A stretch of DNA of 64,000 nucleotides from Gemmatimonadota bacterium (GCA_039589315.1 JBDHHQ010000006.1:64001-128000), one strand, 5' to 3'. Counted from the stretch's first letter, positions 19,541 through 28,915 are shown. Notes: generated from the letters alone by a model not told the origin. Program-made: numbers and translations.

Positions 19541-19744
19541 GACTCGGGCCTCTCCGGCGCGACGCGAGCCCTTCCGGCAGCTCGGGCCCTTCCTCCGCAG
19601 CCCAGAGCCCCTCCGCCGCGACTCGGGCCCATCCGCCGCAGCCAGAGCCCCTCCGCCGCGTCTCGGGCCCTTCTGCCGCAGCCTGGAGCACCTCCGCTGC
19701 AACTCGGGCCCTTCCGCCGCGACGGCAGCCCCTTCGCTGCAACC
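19541..19744. repeat. Degenerate tandem array of ~20-bp units (~10 copies) with partly alternating sub-types
   Basis: GACTCGGGCCCATCCGCCGC / AGCCAGAGCCCCTCCGCCGC / GTCTCGGGCCCTTCTGCCGC / AACTCGGGCCCTTCCGCCGC etc. Confidence 0.85.
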
Positions 19745-19941
19745 AGGGTGGAGGAGTGACAGTCCAAGGGGGGAACTCGGGGGCGGTTCGATTGTTACAA
19801 CGTCCATCGTCGCATGGCAGCTTCAGCCCCTCCGCTTTCAGTCGGAACCGAGGCGGAGGCGTTTTCTTGTCGGGCCCCGGGGCCAGCACGCCCAGCGGCA
19901 CCTGTTGTTCATGAGCTTCAATCGCGTGGGGTAGGCCGATC

Positions 19942-22311
19942 GTGAGGCAATCAACGAGCATTCTGTCGGTCGCGCTGCTGGCTTCGTTGGCGGCAACGTC
20001 CGGGCTTCAGGCACAGGGGTATGGCACCTCGGTGGCGGTGGGGGAGGACGAGGTGGTCGTGGCCGAGCCCCTGGTCGAAACCGGCCCGGGAGCGGTGTTC
20101 GTGTACTCCAAGGACGGCGGCGAGTGGGTGGAGGCGCAACGGGTGGAGGCATCCGACGCCTCCCAGGGAGACCACTTCGGCAGGGCGCTGGACCTGGACG
20201 GCAACACGCTGATTGTCGGTGCCACGGTCCGGGAGAACACCCGGGGTGCCGCGTACGTGTTCGAGCGGAGCGCCGACGGAGCCTGGGCCGAATCCCAGAT
20301 TCTGCTCGCGAGCGATGGAGCCGACGGCGACGCCTTTGGCCGGGTCGTGGCCGTCGAGGGTGACGTCGCGTTGGTCTCGACATGGGGACACGCGGACGGC
20401 CAGGGCGCAGTCTACGTGTTTCGACGGGACGCCTCTGGCTCGTGGTTCGAGGACGCCAAGCTCATGGGGAGCGACATCCGGCCGAACGAGTGGTTCGGGA
20501 TGAGCCTCGCCGTTCACGGCGAGACGGTTCTGGTGGGAGCTCCACAGAAGAACGGCAACCGTGGTGCGGTCTACGTGTTCCGCCGCGACGCGGAATCGGA
20601 CGCGTGGTTGGAGGCAGCGATTCTCTCCGAGGAGCTTCCTCAGAACGCGTCGTTCGGGATGGCCGTGGCGCTCAGCGGCGGCCGCGCCCTGGTGGGGGCA
20701 CCCGGTCTCTACAGCGGAAGCGGGATCGTCTTCGACTACCGCCTCGACCCGGAGGCCGGTTGGGTGGCGACCGGCGCCCTCAGCGCGTTCGATGCAGCCC
20801 TTCCCGGCGCTCAGTTCGGCACGACGATCGTGGACAGGGGGCAGGAGGTGTGGATCTCGGCCCCTGGAGCCGTCGGCGCGTCCGGGGCCGCGTACGTCTA
20901 CCGGCGCAGTGAAGAGGGCGAGTGGCGCGGAACCGACAAGGTCATGGTGCAGAACGAGGCCGGTGACCGCTTCGCCACGACCTTGGCCGTCAACGGACAG
21001 TTGGCCGTGGCCGGCGCCGTGGGAGACGACTACGGCGCCGGCACTGCGGTCATCATCGAGCGAGGTGAGCGGGAGTGGGCCGCTGTCTCTCGTGTCTGGA
21101 GCGAGGCCCAGACCCTGGACCCGCTCCTGGGTGGCAAGATCGAGTGCTCGGACGGCAAGGCGGCCTTGTTCGACTGCTCGGACGTGGACGTCCTCTCGTT
21201 CCTGCCGGTGCGGGAGATCGGCGGCTCACGGGGTGTACAGCTCAATGACGTGTGGGGGTGGGTCGATCCGGAGACCGGTCGCGAGTACGCTCTCGTCGGG
21301 CGGATGGACGGGACGTCCTTCATCGACGTGACCGATGCCGCCAACCCCGCCTACCTGGGCAACCTCCCCAAGCCGGAGCAGGCGCGCGCCAACGTGTGGA
21401 GAGACATCAAGGTGTACGCCGACCACGCTTACGTCGTCGCCGACGGAGCAGGGGAGCACGGCATGCAGGTCTTCGACCTGCGCCAGCTTCGCGACGTCAC
21501 GGCCGGGCCTGTCACGTTTCAGGAGATCGCCCACTACGACGGAATCCACAGCGCGCACAACATCGTGATCAACGAGGACACGGGCTTCGCCTACGTCGTG
21601 GGCAGCAACGGCGGCGGCAACAGCTGCGGCGGTGGCCTCCACATGATCGACATCCGCTCTCCGTCCAATCCGGTGTTCGCCGGTTGCTTCTTCGACACCG
21701 AGACGGGGAATCAGGGCACCGGCTACAGCCACGATGCCCAGTGCGTCACCTATCACGGGCCCGACGAGGACTACCAGGGAAGCGAGATTTGCTTCGGAGC
21801 CAACGAGACCGCGCTGAGCATCGCCGACGTCACCGACAAGGCGGAACCCGTGGCGTTGGCCAGCGCCTCGTACCCGAACGTCGGGTACTCCCACCAGGGT
21901 TGGCTCGACGAGGAGCACCGGTACCTCTACATGAACGACGAGCTCGACGAGTCCGCCGGCACCGTCGTAGGCACGCGGACGTTGGTCTGGGACGTGACCG
22001 ATCTCGACGATCCCATTCTCGTGAAGGAGCACTTCGCCGAGAACGGCGCCACCGACCACAACCTGTACGTCAGGGGCGACTTGATGTACCAATCCAACTA
22101 CCTGAGCGGCCTCCGGGTGTTGGACATCAGTGATCGCGAGAATCCGGTCGAGGTCGGGTACTTCGACACGGTGCCGTGGGGGGAGGATTCGCCTGAGATG
22201 GACGGCTCGTGGAGCAACTACCCGTACTTCGCCAGCGGGACGATCGTGGTGACCAGCCAGCGGGAAGGCGTCTTCTTCCTTCAGAAACGGGAGCGGAATC
22301 TGCTGCCCTGA
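19942..22311 (+). CDS. Secreted FG-GAP-repeat plus choice-of-anchor B domain protein (paralog 2)
   Basis: Signal peptide; same architecture and C-terminal motifs as 11770..14208. Confidence 0.85.
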   Translation: MRQSTSILSVALLASLAATSGLQAQGYGTSVAVGEDEVVVAEPLVETGPGAVFVYSKDGGEWVEAQRVEASDASQGDHFGRALDLDGNTLIVGATVRENTRGAAYVFERSADGAWAESQILLASDGADGDAFGRVVAVEGDVALVSTWGHADGQGAVYVFRRDASGSWFEDAKLMGSDIRPNEWFGMSLAVHGETVLVGAPQKNGNRGAVYVFRRDAESDAWLEAAILSEELPQNASFGMAVALSGGRALVGAPGLYSGSGIVFDYRLDPEAGWVATGALSAFDAALPGAQFGTTIVDRGQEVWISAPGAVGASGAAYVYRRSEEGEWRGTDKVMVQNEAGDRFATTLAVNGQLAVAGAVGDDYGAGTAVIIERGEREWAAVSRVWSEAQTLDPLLGGKIECSDGKAALFDCSDVDVLSFLPVREIGGSRGVQLNDVWGWVDPETGREYALVGRMDGTSFIDVTDAANPAYLGNLPKPEQARANVWRDIKVYADHAYVVADGAGEHGMQVFDLRQLRDVTAGPVTFQEIAHYDGIHSAHNIVINEDTGFAYVVGSNGGGNSCGGGLHMIDIRSPSNPVFAGCFFDTETGNQGTGYSHDAQCVTYHGPDEDYQGSEICFGANETALSIADVTDKAEPVALASASYPNVGYSHQGWLDEEHRYLYMNDELDESAGTVVGTRTLVWDVTDLDDPILVKEHFAENGATDHNLYVRGDLMYQSNYLSGLRVLDISDRENPVEVGYFDTVPWGEDSPEMDGSWSNYPYFASGTIVVTSQREGVFFLQKRERNLLP

Positions 22312-22336
22312 CGGGCGCAGCTTGCCGGCCGGGCCC

Positions 22337-23428
22337 ATGACCGTGAACGCATCTCACGCCTCTCTCACTGCCGGTCGACGCCGGGGCGCGGCACTGCCCA
22401 TGGCGCTCGTGGCGATGGCCGCCACAGCCCCTCTGTCCGTCTCCGGCCAAGAGGGCCCCTACCTCTACGCAGCCGGCCAAGGCGCTGCCACGGTGTCCGT
22501 CATCGACGTGGGGTCCCTCGAGGTCGTGGAGACCGTCGACCTGCGGACCCTCGGCTTCTCGGGGAACGCCAAACCTCATCACATCGTCGTCGAGCCCGAT
22601 GGGTCTGCGTGGTACCTGTCGCTCATCGGCGAGAATCGGGTGCTGAAGTTCGATCGAGACAACGCCCTCGTCGGTCAGGTGGAGCTGGAGGTACCGGGCA
22701 TGCTGGCCATCCACCCGAGGGAAGACCTCTTGTACGTGGGCCGCTCCATGAGCGCGGTGAACCCGCCTCGGCGGATCGGCATCGTCGACCGGTCGGACAT
22801 GTCCGGCGATGAACTCGACGTCCTCTTCCCGCGGCCACACGCGCTCGCCGTCCGTCCCGAAGGCGACTTCGTCTACTCCGCCAGTCTCGCGGCCAACCAG
22901 ATGGCGACCATCGAGACGGATACCGACGCAGTCACGCTGGCCGAGTTGGAGGGAGAGACCCACACCCTCGTACAGTTCGCGATCTCGCCGGACGGGAGCA
23001 CGCTGGTGGCGACCGGTCAGCTCACCGGGTTGCTCCTCGTCTTCGACCTGGCCGACCCGGCATCGCCGCGGCTCGTCGACACCATCGCGGTGGGCGCGCA
23101 CCCCTGGCACCCGGTTTTCACGCCGGACGGCCGGTACGTGTACTTCGGCAACAAGCTCGCGAACACCGTCACGGTGATCGACGTGGAGGAACGGCGCGTG
23201 GCCAAGGTGGTCGAGGGATACGGCATCTCGGAGCCCCACGGAAGCGCCGTGTCCCCGGACGGCCGCTTCGCGTTCATCGCGAGCAACAATCTGGGCGGCG
23301 CGTACGCGTCCGACGACGGGTCGAGACCCGGCACGGTAACCGTGATCGACACGTCCACCTACGAGATCGTCGCCGTGGTCGAGGTGGGAGAAAACGCCAC
23401 AGGCCTGGGGATCCGGCCTCCGTCGTGA
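22337..23428 (+). CDS. YncE/YVTN-like (cytochrome d1-type) beta-propeller, exported
   Basis: Repeated PH...PDG...Y blades, TVTVID motifs, signal peptide. Confidence 0.8.
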   Translation: MTVNASHASLTAGRRRGAALPMALVAMAATAPLSVSGQEGPYLYAAGQGAATVSVIDVGSLEVVETVDLRTLGFSGNAKPHHIVVEPDGSAWYLSLIGENRVLKFDRDNALVGQVELEVPGMLAIHPREDLLYVGRSMSAVNPPRRIGIVDRSDMSGDELDVLFPRPHALAVRPEGDFVYSASLAANQMATIETDTDAVTLAELEGETHTLVQFAISPDGSTLVATGQLTGLLLVFDLADPASPRLVDTIAVGAHPWHPVFTPDGRYVYFGNKLANTVTVIDVEERRVAKVVEGYGISEPHGSAVSPDGRFAFIASNNLGGAYASDDGSRPGTVTVIDTSTYEIVAVVEVGENATGLGIRPPS

Positions 23429-23604
23429 GCCGGTTGGGGGACCGTGAGCCTGCGATCCCGGATCGAGTGACCCGACGAGGGCTCCGGCCGGCGCCGGCTC
23501 CATCGCCTGCCTGGTCCGCATCGCCGCCACATTGGTCCGACCCGAGTCTCGCTGCGGCGTGGTGGTCTCGACACGCAGTCGACGCTTCAACGCGACTCCA
23601 CGCC

Positions 23605-25488
23605 ATGCCATCGATGCCCCCGAGGTCCGCCGCGACTCGGTCTCGCCCGCGGCGGCTTCACCCCACTGCGCCTGCTGTCGCTCTGCCGTTTATGGCCGTG
23701 GTACTGGCCAGCTGCGCGCCGTCGACAGGTGTCGGGAGCTCAGGACCATCCCCTAGCGTCGAGACTACCGACTGGGAGCGGAGCGTCGACGGGGCATTCG
23801 CGGCGGACGAGGACGGCGTACCCTTCGCCTTTCCGTTCCTCGGGGGACTCAACGTCCCGCGGCCCCAGTTCGTCGACATCGACGCCGACGGCGACCTGGA
23901 CCTGTTCGTCCAGGAGCGCACCAACGACCTCATGTTCCTCGAGAACGTGGGCTCGGCGACGGCCGCGGTCTTCGAGTGGCGTACCGACCGGTTCATGAAT
24001 CTCGGCCTTGGTGAGTGGAACCGCTTCACGGACCTCGATGCCGACGGCGACCTGGATCTGCTGGCCGAGGAGCCGTTCAGCTACGTCCGCTACTACCGGA
24101 ATGACGGAAGCCCCCAAGCCCCGGCGTTCGTCCTGCTCCCGGACTCCGTGCTGGACGCCGAAGGGGAGCCGGTCTTCTCGGATCGGCAGAACATCCCCTC
24201 GGTGGCGGACATCGACTGCGACGGTCTCCCGGACCTGTTCCTGGGACGGGTCGAAGGGACCGTTACCCGATACGAGATGGTGCCCGGGACAGGCGCTGAT
24301 CCCCGGTTCCGCTTCGTCACTGGCCGCTTCGAGGACATCGAGATCGTGAACCAACTCGGGAGCCTGCACGGGGCCAACAGCATGGCCTTCGCCGACCATG
24401 ACGGCGACGGCGACGCGGACCTCTACTGGGGAGACTTCTTCGAGCCGGGTCTGCTCATCATCGAGAACCGGGGGTCGTGCGATGCCCCGAATCTACGGAG
24501 CGCGCCCGGTCCGGTCCCCGCCACCGCGCCCATCTCCACCAGCGGCTTCAACGCCCCCATGCCTGCGGATATCGACGGTGACGGGGACCTGGACCTCTTC
24601 GTCGGCGTGCTCGGCGGCGCGTTCAACCCCAACCGCACGGCTTCGGACAACTTCCACCTGTACGAGCGTCTGGCGGACGGCACCGTCGAGCTGCGCACGA
24701 CCCGTTACCTCGACGGCATCGATGTGGGAAGCGAGTCCCTCACCGTCCTGCGGGACCTCGACGCCGACAGCGACCTGGACCTTCTGATCTCAAACAAGAT
24801 CGACGCGCACGACCTTCAACGAGCCAGCCTCTACCGCTTCGACAACGTGGGCACGCCCACGGAGCCGAGGTTCCGCGCAGCGGGTACCTTCGACGTGGGC
24901 CGCGATTATCACATGGCGCCGGCATTCGGGGATCTGGACGGGGACGGAGACGACGACCTGCTGCTGGGAACCTGGAACAAGGGTGTGGCCCTGCTCTTGA
25001 ATGTCGGCACGCCCGAGGCTCCCCGCTTCACCGTAGCCGACTCGCAGTTCGTGAAGCTCACCCGGGGAAGCAACACCACGCCGACGCTGGGTGACCTGGA
25101 CGCCGACGGTGACCTGGACCTCGTCATCGGAGAAGCATCGGGGACGCTGAACTACTACCGGAACATCGGGTCCTCCGCCGAGCCGCGCTTCGAGTTGGTG
25201 AGCGATGAGTACGGCGGCTTCGATGTGGGTCGCCGGAGCGCTCCAACGCTGGTGGACGCTGACGGAGACCAGGACCTGGATCTGATCGTCGGACGGGAGA
25301 CGGGAGGTGTCTCGTTCTTCCGGAACGTCGGCACGCGCGCTGCTCCGGAGTTCGAGGAGGCCGAGGCGCCCGACCTGCCGCTCTGGTCCTTCGCGACTCC
25401 TTCGTTCGGTGATCTTGATGGGGACGGCGATCTGGATCTGGTGTCAGGGTCGGGAGCAGGTGGGGTGCTCTACCTGGAAGCGCGCTAG
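23605..25488 (+). CDS. FG-GAP/VCBS repeat lipoprotein
   Basis: About ten D.D.DGD.DL Ca-binding repeats; lipobox VLASC; start uncertain (ORF open from 23425). Confidence 0.8.
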   Translation: MPSMPPRSAATRSRPRRLHPTAPAVALPFMAVVLASCAPSTGVGSSGPSPSVETTDWERSVDGAFAADEDGVPFAFPFLGGLNVPRPQFVDIDADGDLDLFVQERTNDLMFLENVGSATAAVFEWRTDRFMNLGLGEWNRFTDLDADGDLDLLAEEPFSYVRYYRNDGSPQAPAFVLLPDSVLDAEGEPVFSDRQNIPSVADIDCDGLPDLFLGRVEGTVTRYEMVPGTGADPRFRFVTGRFEDIEIVNQLGSLHGANSMAFADHDGDGDADLYWGDFFEPGLLIIENRGSCDAPNLRSAPGPVPATAPISTSGFNAPMPADIDGDGDLDLFVGVLGGAFNPNRTASDNFHLYERLADGTVELRTTRYLDGIDVGSESLTVLRDLDADSDLDLLISNKIDAHDLQRASLYRFDNVGTPTEPRFRAAGTFDVGRDYHMAPAFGDLDGDGDDDLLLGTWNKGVALLLNVGTPEAPRFTVADSQFVKLTRGSNTTPTLGDLDADGDLDLVIGEASGTLNYYRNIGSSAEPRFELVSDEYGGFDVGRRSAPTLVDADGDQDLDLIVGRETGGVSFFRNVGTRAAPEFEEAEAPDLPLWSFATPSFGDLDGDGDLDLVSGSGAGGVLYLEAR

Positions 25489-25597
25489 CCGCCCCCTCCT
25501 GTCCGAATCGCACGCCAGTCGGCCACAGCCGTGCTCTCGGATCGGGCACCGTCCACTCACCAAGCGTCGTTGTCCGATCGCGCCACCCCCACTGCCC

Positions 25598-25700
25598 CGT
25601 TCTCGAAACGGTGTGCCAATCGCTCCCCGCCGCCGCGTTCTGAAATGGTGTGCCAATCGCTCCCCCTGACGCGTTCTCGACTCAGCCACCCGCTCACCCT
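25598..25700. repeat. Direct repeats with ~36-38 bp period
   Basis: CGTTCTCGAAACGGTGTGCCAATCGCTCCCC (25598-25628) and CGTTCTGAAATGGTGTGCCAATCGCTCCCC (25636-25665), plus degenerate copies on either side. Confidence 0.7.
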
Positions 25701-25826
25701 ACCGCGCCCTCCGATCGCACCAGCCGGGAACTCCTACCCGACTTGCGCGTTCCCCGAGGGGAAGCGTGATTGCAGGTCGGTCGGTCCAAGCATACCCATC
25801 CTCGAGGGAGCCGAAGCGTGTCCACC

Positions 25827-26441
25827 ATGCGGCGATTCGTCCTGGGCGCTGCCCTTTCTATCGGGGTCGCCCTGGCTGTGGTCTGGCTCTTCACCGAGAT
25901 GAGCCCGATGGAGCTGGGGCCTGTGGATGGTCACGATCTACCCCCAACCGACCTGGAGCGGGTGGCGGTGGGGAGCGAGGCGCCGGACTTCACGTTGCGT
26001 GCCTTCCCCGAGGGAGCGGTGACCCTGTCCGACTACCGCGGCCAGAGGGATGTGGTCCTGGTCTTCTACAGGGGACACTGGTGACCGTGGTGCGCCCGTC
26101 AGTTCGGTGAACTGAGCGACCTCCTGACGCCCCAGCAGCGTGAGAACATAGAAATCGTGGCGGTCTCGATCGACGATCGGGAGCGGCAGCAGATGATGAT
26201 CGATCGTGTCCGTGAGGAGCACGGCATAGAGATCGACTACGTGCTCCTCACCGATACCGATCACCGAGTCATCAATCGGTACGGCCTCTTCAATCCCGAC
26301 GAGCCCAAGCATCGACCAGTTCCTCACCCCGCCGTCTACGTCATCGACAAGGACGGGATCGTCCGCTGGAAGTTAGTCGAGGTGAACTACAGGGTCAGAG
26401 CGGAGAACGAAGACATCCTGGCTGCCTTGGCGGACCTCTAG
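25827..26441 (+). CDS. Probable selenoprotein: membrane-anchored AhpC/TSA redoxin with UxxC motif; TGA at 26082-26084 read as Sec
   Basis: ORFs 25770..26084 and 26157..26441 are in the same frame: APDFTL...VVLVFYRGHW[TGA]PWCARQ...AVSID...PAVYVIDKDG. This matches the FYRGxWCPxC redoxin motif. Confidence 0.9.
26099..26115 (+). promoter_or_regulatory. Candidate bacterial SECIS hairpin
   Basis: UCAGUUC-GGU-GAACUGA; perfect 7-bp stem, G/U-containing apical loop, 14 nt after the UGA. Confidence 0.75.
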
Positions 26442-26521
26442 CTTCCGGAGGCCGTGAGCAAGCGCCTGGCCCGGAGGCCCCGTGTACTGCTTCGCAGGCC
26501 CTGCGCCTTTCGCGGGTTCCT

Positions 26522-26546
26522 ACGCTTCGGGGGCCTCTCGAAGCGT
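26522..26546. terminator. GC-rich hairpin downstream of the second selenoprotein gene
   Basis: ACGCTTCG...CGAAGCGT inverted repeat, extended by G-U pairs; no U-tract. Confidence 0.35.
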
Positions 26547-26653
26547 GAGCGGGACCGGTTCCGACGGGGCGCTGGGGTGGGCGGGTCCTTCGCCGTTGGA
26601 TGGTCTCTCCCGGTGGACGGTTTCCGCCAATCGTCGGATTGGCCTCCCTCATG

Positions 26654-26775
26654 CCTGCCCTCGGCTCACGACTCCACCAAGTTCTGCCGTCCCGAGCCAC
26701 CCTGCCCTCCGCTCACGCTCCCACCGGATCCTGCCGTCCCGCCCGGCCCTGCCTTCCCACCTCTCACGATTCCGA
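26654..26775. repeat. Three degenerate direct repeats (47-bp period) at the end of the HNH remnant
   Basis: CCTGCCCTCGGCTCACGAC (26654), CCTGCCCTCCGCTCACGCT (26701), CCTGCCTTCCCACCTCTCACGAT (26748). Confidence 0.55.
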
Positions 26776-27322
26776 GGGCACTGATCCCAACTTGCTGAAG
26801 GCGCTTACGCTTCTGAAGGCGGCGACGGCCATGCCGAGGTCGAGGGTCTCGCCAGCCCAGAGGGGGGTGGTGGTGAAGGGGTCGGGCACGATACCCCGGC
26901 TGCGGTGTTCGGCGAGGAGGTGCGCCCCCGGCCGATCCGGCAGCCTCGGCACGGGCGCCGAGGTGGGGAGGATCCGTCTTCTGGCCGGTAGGACGTGACG
27001 CCGCGCCCCGGCTCGGGCTCCACCCGGAAGCCGTCGTCGTGCGCGGCTCGGTGATGACGCCGGCAGAGCAGCACGAGGTTGCCGAGGCGCGTGGCACCGC
27101 CATCGGCCCAGTGCGTGACGTGATGGGCGTCGCAGAAGCGGAGGCCGCAGCCCGGGAAGCGGCATCCCCGGTCCCGGTGGTCCAGAGCCCGGCGCAGGGC
27201 CGGCGGCACGGTACGGGTCTTCCGGCCCACGTCCAGCAGCGCACCGTCGGGGGGCGTGCGTCATGACGACCAGGCCGGTCGCACGCCGAGCGCCGAGACG
27301 TTTCCGCGGAAACGCGCACGCC
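26764..27322 (-). pseudogene. Frameshifted C-terminal remnant of a DUF222/HNH endonuclease (13E12-like element)
   Basis: Pieces in three frames: VRVSAETSRRSACD / TGLVVMTHAP / DGALLDVGRKTRTVPPALRRALDHRDRGCRFPGC..RFCDAHH..HWADGG.T.L.NLVLLCRRHH / RILP...PLWAGETLDL; N-terminal part absent. Confidence 0.8.
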
Positions 27323-27586
27323 AGGGTCGGGAGACAGGGGGCGATCGCGAGCATCCGGGCAACCGTCGCTCCCGCAACCGCATCTACACGTGTAGTTGCT
27401 CGAATGGCTGGCCGCCCGAAGGAAGGTTGGGGTGTGCGACGGTGGGCTCGGGTGCGCGACAGCAGGCCACGGTTGCGCGATGGTCCCCCAGAGCGTGGGA
27501 CACCAGGCCGAAGCTGTGCGACAGTGGACCCGGAGCGTGGGACACCCGGTGCGAGCATGGGACGACACCTGACCGCGAGGACCGAC

Positions 27587-28846
27587 ATGAGGCATCGATG
27601 GGGAGTGATTCCCGGGACTTTGGCGCTCACCACCTTGAGTTTCCTCGGCGCCACCGCTTGCGGGGAGCTGGAGGAAGGCGGAGACGGGTCGCCGGCCGGG
27701 AGAGGGGCAAGGGCCCAAGGCGTGCGGGGAATCGAGCTTTCGGACCCCGCTCGTGCTTTCCCTGAGTCCTACAGCTACATCCAGTCCATCCGGGAGCTTC
27801 CGGATGGACTGGTAATGTGGGCCGATCCGCTGGGCCAGGCACTGGTCGTGGCCGATCTGGACGCGGAGCGGGCGGACACGCTGGGGCGAGTGGGGCAGGG
27901 CCCGGAGGAGTATCGCCAGCCTGACGCCGTCTGGGCCCTGCCCGGTGACTCGACCCTTCTCGTCGACCTGGGCAATGGTCGGCTGACGGCGATCGCCGCG
28001 GACGGCACCTTCGGCGACACCTGGCCGATCGGACAAGGACAGCCCGGCCCCGGCATGGTGATCGCTCTTCCCAGGGCCGTGGACGGCCAAGGCAGACTAT
28101 ACATCCAGGGTCGCTTCGGGCCCGGACCCGGAGGACAGCTGCCGGACTCGGCACCGGTCCTCCGGTTCGACCGGGGGACCGCGTCGGTGGACACGGTGGC
28201 CACGGTCAAGCTCGAAGAGCGTACGATGGAGCGGAGTGGTGGACCGGGGAACGAACAGGTTTCCATCGGCCTGGTGCCGTTGTCTCCGGCCGATGCCTGG
28301 GGGGTTGCTCCAGACGGACGAATGGCCATTGCCCGTTCGGCGGACTACCACCTCGAGTGGATCGCACCGGACGGATCTCAGGTGGCGGGATCGCCTGTGG
28401 ATGTCGCGGGCGTTTCCATCGGCCAGGCCGAAAGGGAGGAGTGGGATCGGGAGCGCTCGCTTTCCGGCGGAGGACTTTCCATCGGAATCTCGATGAACAA
28501 CGGTGTGGCGCAGATGAGCTTCAGCCGCGGGGGCAACATGCGCCTGGGCGGCGAGGACGAGGACAGTGGGCTCGACCGGTACGATTGGCCGGACCGGAAG
28601 CCTCCCTTCTACAACGCGACGGTCCTGGTGGATGACGTCGGCCGTGCGTGGGTACGGCGGCACGTGGCGGCAGGGAAGCAGCCCACCTTCGACGTCTTCG
28701 ACGGGAGTGCGGAGCGAGTGGCCACGGTCGTGCTCCCCATGGGCCGACGCATCGTCGGATTCGGCCCATCCGGCCTTTACGCCGTCAGGGTCGACGAATT
28801 CGACCTGAACTACCTGGAACGCTACGAGATGCCGGGTCTGCAGTAG
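27587..28846 (+). CDS. 6-bladed beta-propeller lipoprotein, function unknown
   Basis: Lipobox ATAC; LGR.GQGPEEY..P motif; C-terminal D..D..YL.RY; GAGG RBS. Confidence 0.75.
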   Translation: MRHRWGVIPGTLALTTLSFLGATACGELEEGGDGSPAGRGARAQGVRGIELSDPARAFPESYSYIQSIRELPDGLVMWADPLGQALVVADLDAERADTLGRVGQGPEEYRQPDAVWALPGDSTLLVDLGNGRLTAIAADGTFGDTWPIGQGQPGPGMVIALPRAVDGQGRLYIQGRFGPGPGGQLPDSAPVLRFDRGTASVDTVATVKLEERTMERSGGPGNEQVSIGLVPLSPADAWGVAPDGRMAIARSADYHLEWIAPDGSQVAGSPVDVAGVSIGQAEREEWDRERSLSGGGLSIGISMNNGVAQMSFSRGGNMRLGGEDEDSGLDRYDWPDRKPPFYNATVLVDDVGRAWVRRHVAAGKQPTFDVFDGSAERVATVVLPMGRRIVGFGPSGLYAVRVDEFDLNYLERYEMPGLQ

Positions 28847-28915
28847 CAGGCAAGGCATGGCGGCGTGGCGTGGCGTGGGCCACGCCTCATGTCGGCTCTG
28901 CAGTGGCAGCCGAGG

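Noticed and set aside
19541..19744. Possible CRISPR array (also considered for 25598-25700 and 26654-26775)
   Set aside because: Units are contiguous and degenerate with no unique spacers, and there are no cas genes in the window
18749..26441. Nonsense-mutated peroxiredoxin pseudogenes, or genome-wide TGA reassignment
   Set aside because: Both TGAs hit the catalytic Cys position and have equally spaced hairpins, while many other genes here end normally at TGA (guaA, ccdA, hypE)
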